This document shows, piece after piece, positions 61,902 through 63,012 of a DNA stretch of 63,012 bases. A program made the position numbers and the translations under genes. This DNA comes from Nanobdellota archaeon (GTDB taxonomy: Archaea > Nanobdellota > Nanobdellia > Pacearchaeales > GW2011-AR1), in assembly GCA_022561055.1 (NCBI GenBank), contig JADFRY010000005.1, positions 1 through 63,012 of the forward strand. Reading direction: 5' to 3'. The notes under the pieces were generated by a model. It was not told the DNA's origin. It ran no database searches and saw nothing but the letters and a program-made list of their open reading frames with translations. Position 1 is the first letter of the stretch. Every line of letters begins with the position of its first letter.

Positions 61902-61952
61902 TATATAACTACTAAATCAATAAATTTAAATTAAAAAATATAAGGTATTTAA

Positions 61953-62984
61953 ATGGCAACACCAGAAGGAACTTTTCCAAAAGTAGGAAATGATCCGTTT
62001 TATGTAAGTGAAATCGGTTCAATAATGAATATAGGAGTAAAACTATTTGGAAATTCTTTTCAAACTATATTAAACGCAGATAAAGCAGGATTTACTGCAA
62101 ATGTTAATGAAAGATTTAAAAATTTACATTTTGATAGTTTAAAAGCAGATACAATGACCGGAGATAATTTTATATATAACTCAACAAAAGATATTTATGT
62201 TTTACCTGATCCTTCTACAGTCTCTACAGGCAGCTTTGCAACAGTGGATGAATTTACAGAAATAAATGCAGGAAGTTGGTTTAGTGGAGGAACACCAACT
62301 ATAGTAGGAAATGCTTTATTTTTAGATTCAGATAAAGAATTTTTAGATTCTGCTTTTACATTCATCAATAATAATAAATTAATAAGAATTTCTAAACCAG
62401 CGGGTACAGATGGAAATACCGCATCTAATCGATTGGATGTTTATTTAGTTGGAACTGGTTCTGCAGTTATTGCAAAATATACTCGTAATCAAGCAGGTCA
62501 AGGTGGTGCACTAGCTCAAGATAGAATTTTCACAATTATTTTGACACCTCGTACTGCCTTTTCCTATGATGAAACCGTTGGAAGTTATAGTCAGTATTCA
62601 GTTGATCCTTATAGACAATTAGGATCTCAAACAAGTTATGGAATTAAACTTGAACTTGTTAATACAGATACTGCAGATGTTACAATAGATTTTATAAAAG
62701 AATACGATTGGACAGGAGCAGGAAGTCATTGGACAGGATCAATTGTAAGCACTGGGAGTGATTTTTTTACAACTTTATCTAATGCAGGTATTGTTTCTAC
62801 TTTGGATGGAAGTGGAGGAATATTTGTCTCAACAAATTCTGGAACAAATTATAATCGTATGACATTGGATACATTTACTACACTTTCAAATACTGGTTCA
62901 ATTAGTAGAGTCATGTTTCAATCCATATCTGGTGTAGAACCTATGATGATCTTTAATTATGGAGTAACTTATAATCTTTTATAA
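61953..62984 (+). CDS. Putative tail fibre/receptor-binding protein
   Basis: Last gene of the tail module; beta-rich and G/S/T-rich. Confidence 0.5.
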   Translation: MATPEGTFPKVGNDPFYVSEIGSIMNIGVKLFGNSFQTILNADKAGFTANVNERFKNLHFDSLKADTMTGDNFIYNSTKDIYVLPDPSTVSTGSFATVDEFTEINAGSWFSGGTPTIVGNALFLDSDKEFLDSAFTFINNNKLIRISKPAGTDGNTASNRLDVYLVGTGSAVIAKYTRNQAGQGGALAQDRIFTIILTPRTAFSYDETVGSYSQYSVDPYRQLGSQTSYGIKLELVNTDTADVTIDFIKEYDWTGAGSHWTGSIVSTGSDFFTTLSNAGIVSTLDGSGGIFVSTNSGTNYNRMTLDTFTTLSNTGSISRVMFQSISGVEPMMIFNYGVTYNLL

Positions 62985-63012
62985 AATGGTATATAAAATA
63001 AAAACATTAAAC

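Noticed and set aside
62886-63012. Biological terminal repeat
   Set aside because: It is exactly 127 nt and cuts through genes, typical of an assembler k-mer overlap.
1-63012. Stop-codon reassignment or integrated provirus
   Set aside because: Genes are intact and densely packed in the standard code, there is no suppressor tRNA, and no integrase or host flanks are present.

Overview
The window looks like a complete, circularly assembled, AT-rich genome of about 62.9 kb from a tailed archaeal virus (siphovirus-like). Bases 1-127 repeat at 62886-63012. An archaeal host is inferred from TATA-box promoters about 29 nt before leaderless starts, a family-B polymerase, an Hjc resolvase and CCA-less tRNAs; a DPANN host is plausible but unproven. 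Almost all genes are on the + strand: early genes and replication (PolB between two Mom-like acetyltransferases), nucleotide-metabolism genes, a ~22 kb nucleotide-sugar/glycosyltransferase island that also holds two RNA ligases (RtcB and Rnl5), then packaging, head, a tRNA array and tail. The strongest candidate for a new system is a promoter-driven pair of small RNAs at 9985-10157. They share a covarying stem motif, one carries a circularly permuted tRNA-like domain (YrlA Y-RNA topology), and they lie directly upstream of a ROT/TROVE-like-TerD protein. With the two ligases and seven tRNAs this suggests a viral RNA-repair ribonucleoprotein. Two further ~320-nt pseudoknotted RNA candidates (1117-1438 upstream of a small HNH gene; 5546-5870), a repeated late-promoter motif and Ser-Gly-rich virion proteins also stand out. 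All protein calls rest on motif recognition by eye; no searches or folding programs were run.
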